Shown: in pieces, positions 61,591 to 64,000 of the stretch | Layout of the letters: every line of letters begins with the position of its first letter | Numbering within the stretch: position 1 is the first letter of the stretch | DNA from: Scenedesmus sp. PABB004 | Lineage: Eukaryota | Assembly: GCA_014905635.1 (NCBI GenBank) | Contig: CM026547.1 | Span: 4,650,001 to 4,714,000, forward strand | DNA length: 64,000 nucleotides | Direction: 5' to 3' | Program-made: the position numbers and the translations under genes | The notes under the pieces: generated by a model | Told to the model about the DNA's origin: nothing | The model's input: only the letters and a program-made list of their open reading frames with translations | The model's database searches: none

Positions 61591-62613
61591 ATGGCCTTCA
61601 CCATCCCGCAGTCCGCGGCCGCGCGGGCGGCCGCGCCGTGCGCTCGCCGCGGCCTCGTCCAGCGGGCGGTGAGGGGCCGCGCGGCAGTCTTGTGCGCGCC
61701 GCGCGGCTCTGGGGCGGGCGCCGTGCTCACGGCGGGCCGTCCGCACGCGCAGGTGGCAGCGGGCGCGCGCAGGGCGCCGGCCGTGCCCAGGTGCGCGGCG
61801 CGGAGCGTCGGGGCGCGGCCGGGGGATCCCTCGCCGCCGCGCGGGGGCGCGCCCGAGCGCCGCGCCGCCCGCAGGCGCCAGCGATGCGGGCCGGTGCTGG
61901 CCAAGCTCGCCGAGGGCGGGCAGGCGGGCAAGATGGAGCCCAGCGAGGTGCGGGGGCGCCCATGCCGCCCTGGTGCCGCCCGCGCGGGACCTCCGCGCGC
62001 CGCGCCGCCGTCTTCCGACAGCACAGCCTGGCACGGCCCGCCCGCGCCCACCGGGCGCGGCGGGCCCGCGGCGGCGCGGGCATGGCGCCGGCGCGGCGCC
62101 CCGGCGGCGCGGGGCGCCCGATCTCGGCGCGGCGACCCGCGCGGCGCCGCCGCGCCGCGCTGCCGCGCCAACAGCAGCGCCGCCGCGCCGCCGCCCGCAG
62201 CTGAAGAAGGCCCGCCAGGCCGCGCAGGCCGCCGTGGACGCTGAGAGTGCGTGGCAGCTCGCTCACGCGGCGCGGCGGCGGCAGCCAGCGCGGGCAGCAG
62301 CAGAAGCAGCGCGCGGGGGCGCCGCTGACGCGCGCGTGCCGCGCCGCGCCGCGCCCAGGCGCGGAGGGCTGGGTGGACCGCTTCAACGGCCAGGCGCGCA
62401 AGGGCTGCGACATCCTGGTGCAGGCGCTGGAGCGCGAGGGCGTGGACACGGTGTTTGCATACCCCGGCGGCGCGTCGATGGAGATCCACCAGGCCCTCAC
62501 GCGCAGCGAGACGATCGAGAACATCCTCTGCCGCCACGAGCAGGCGCGGCGCGCGCGCCCGCGGCGCGACAGCACGCGCAGCAGCGGCACGCGCAGCAGC
62601 GGCACGCGCAGCA

Positions 62614-62684
<71 letters not shown>

Positions 62685-64000
62685 ACGCGCAGCGGCGGCA
62701 CGCGCAGCAGCGGCACGCGCGGCCGCGGCGGCCGGCCGCGGCGAGCGCTGCTCGCAGCGGCGGCGGACAGCGCGGCAGCGCCCGACCCCTCCCGTCCCTC
62801 CCCCTCCATCCCCCTCCCTCCCCGCCCGCCGCGCGCAGGGCGAGATCTTTGCTGCCGAGGGCTACGCCAAGACGACCGGCCGCGTGGGCGTCTGCATCGC
62901 CACGAGCGGCCCCGGCGCGACCAACCTCGTGACCGGCCTCGCCGACGCGATGATGGACAGCGTGCCCCTCGTCGCCATCACCGGCCAGGCACGCGCCGCC
63001 GCGCCGCCGCGCCGCCGCCGCGCTCGCCCACCTCCCCCGCCCACCTGCCCCGCCCACCTCTCCCGCCCTCGCCGCCCGCCCACCTCTCCCGCCCTCGCCT
63101 CCCGCCCTCGCCGCCCGCGCTCACCCCTCCCGCCGACGCCTCCCCCTCTCTTTGCCCGCCGCTCCCGCCAGGTCCCGCGCAAGCTCATCGGCACGGACGG
63201 CTTCCAGGAGACGCCGATCGTGGAGGTGACGCGCGCGATCACAAAGCACAACTACCTGGTCATGGACATTGACGACCTGCCACGCGTCATCAAGGAGGTG
63301 CGTGGCGGTGTGGGGAGTGTGGGTGGGGTGGTGGCACGCGCGTGTGTGTGTGTGGGGGGGGGGGGGGGTGTTGGGGAGGGAGAGGGGGCGACGGCAGGCG
63401 GCGGCGGGTGGTGCAGGAGGGGGGCCAGCTCGCGGCGGCGGCGGCGGCGGGTGCAGCAGCGCGAGCTGCGTCCGAACAGGCGCCGACGTCTCACCCCCCC
63501 CCCCCCCACACACACACACACACGCCCCCCCCCCAGGCCTTCTACCTCGCGCGCACGGGGCGCCCCGGGCCGGTGCTGGTCGACGTGCCCAAGGACATCC
63601 AGCAGCAGCTCGGCATGCCCGACTGGGACGCGCCCATGGCGATCGCGGGCTACATGTCCCGCCTGCCCCCGCCGCCCGAGCCCGCCGCGCTCGCGGCGGT
63701 CGCAAAGGCGCTGCGCGGCGCCAAGAAGCCGGTGCGCTGCGCCCCGCGCAGCGCAGCGCACGCAGCGCCGCGCAGCGCAGCGCAGCGCAGCGCAGCGCAG
63801 CGCAGCGCAGCCCTCTGCGCCGCGCCGCTGGCCGCCCACCGCCCGCCGCGCGTCGCCGCCGCGCCGCCGCCGCCGCCGCAGATCGTGTACCTCGGCGGCG
63901 GCGCGCTCGACGCGGCGCCGGAGGTGCGCGAGCTCATCGCGCGCACCGGCATCCCCGTGGCGCAGACGCTCATGGGCCTGGGCGCCTTCCCCGTGGCCGA
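61591..64000 (+). CDS. ALS: Acetolactate synthase (AHAS) catalytic subunit, chloroplast; continues beyond window
   Basis: Transit peptide; [134 protein letters not shown]. Confidence 0.98.
62570..62720. repeat. 15/18-bp minisatellite (gcacgcgcagcagcg[gcg]) in an ALS intron
   Basis: About 9 tandem copies visible. Confidence 0.9.
63745..63810. repeat. (GCGCA)n pentanucleotide microsatellite in an ALS intron
   Basis: Tandem gcgca units. Confidence 0.85.

Overview
This is eukaryotic nuclear DNA of roughly 80% GC (estimated by eye). It is gene-dense, with many ~90-150 bp introns, and looks like a chlorophyte green alga (Sphaeropleales-like by inference). Most long ORFs in the six-frame track are GC artefacts, so gene models were rebuilt by hand from splice sites. 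About 20 genes are supported. They are: plastid-targeted GapC-type GAPDH (partial), HMG-CoA lyase, a plastid cyclophilin, an AVT6-like amino-acid transporter, a membrane-anchored Ser/Pro-repeat protein with Sushi-like modules, a giant secreted choice-of-anchor-L/PKD-repeat protein of bacterial appearance, a TLC/LAG1-like protein, a plastid rhodanese-like protein, a stop-interrupted SBP-like gene, an F-box/LRR protein, a SnRK2-like kinase, a TKL (pseudo)kinase with a huge insert, an LRR protein, a patatin-like lipase, a PTPDC1-like phosphatase, HRD1, a divergent sigma-70-like protein fused to two helicase-associated-like domains, a GRDP/DUF1399-like protein, a neutral sphingomyelinase-like enzyme and acetolactate synthase (partial). 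The most notable observations are the sigma70-HA fusion, the bacterial-type adhesin-like protein, a tRNA-3'-end-like motif sitting on the stop codon of a low-GC terminal exon, at least 13 GC-AG introns, and the SBP-like gene with in-frame TAA and TAG. Five apparent frameshifts are all single-base deficits and are probably assembly errors. Domain calls come from motif recognition only; no database searches were run.
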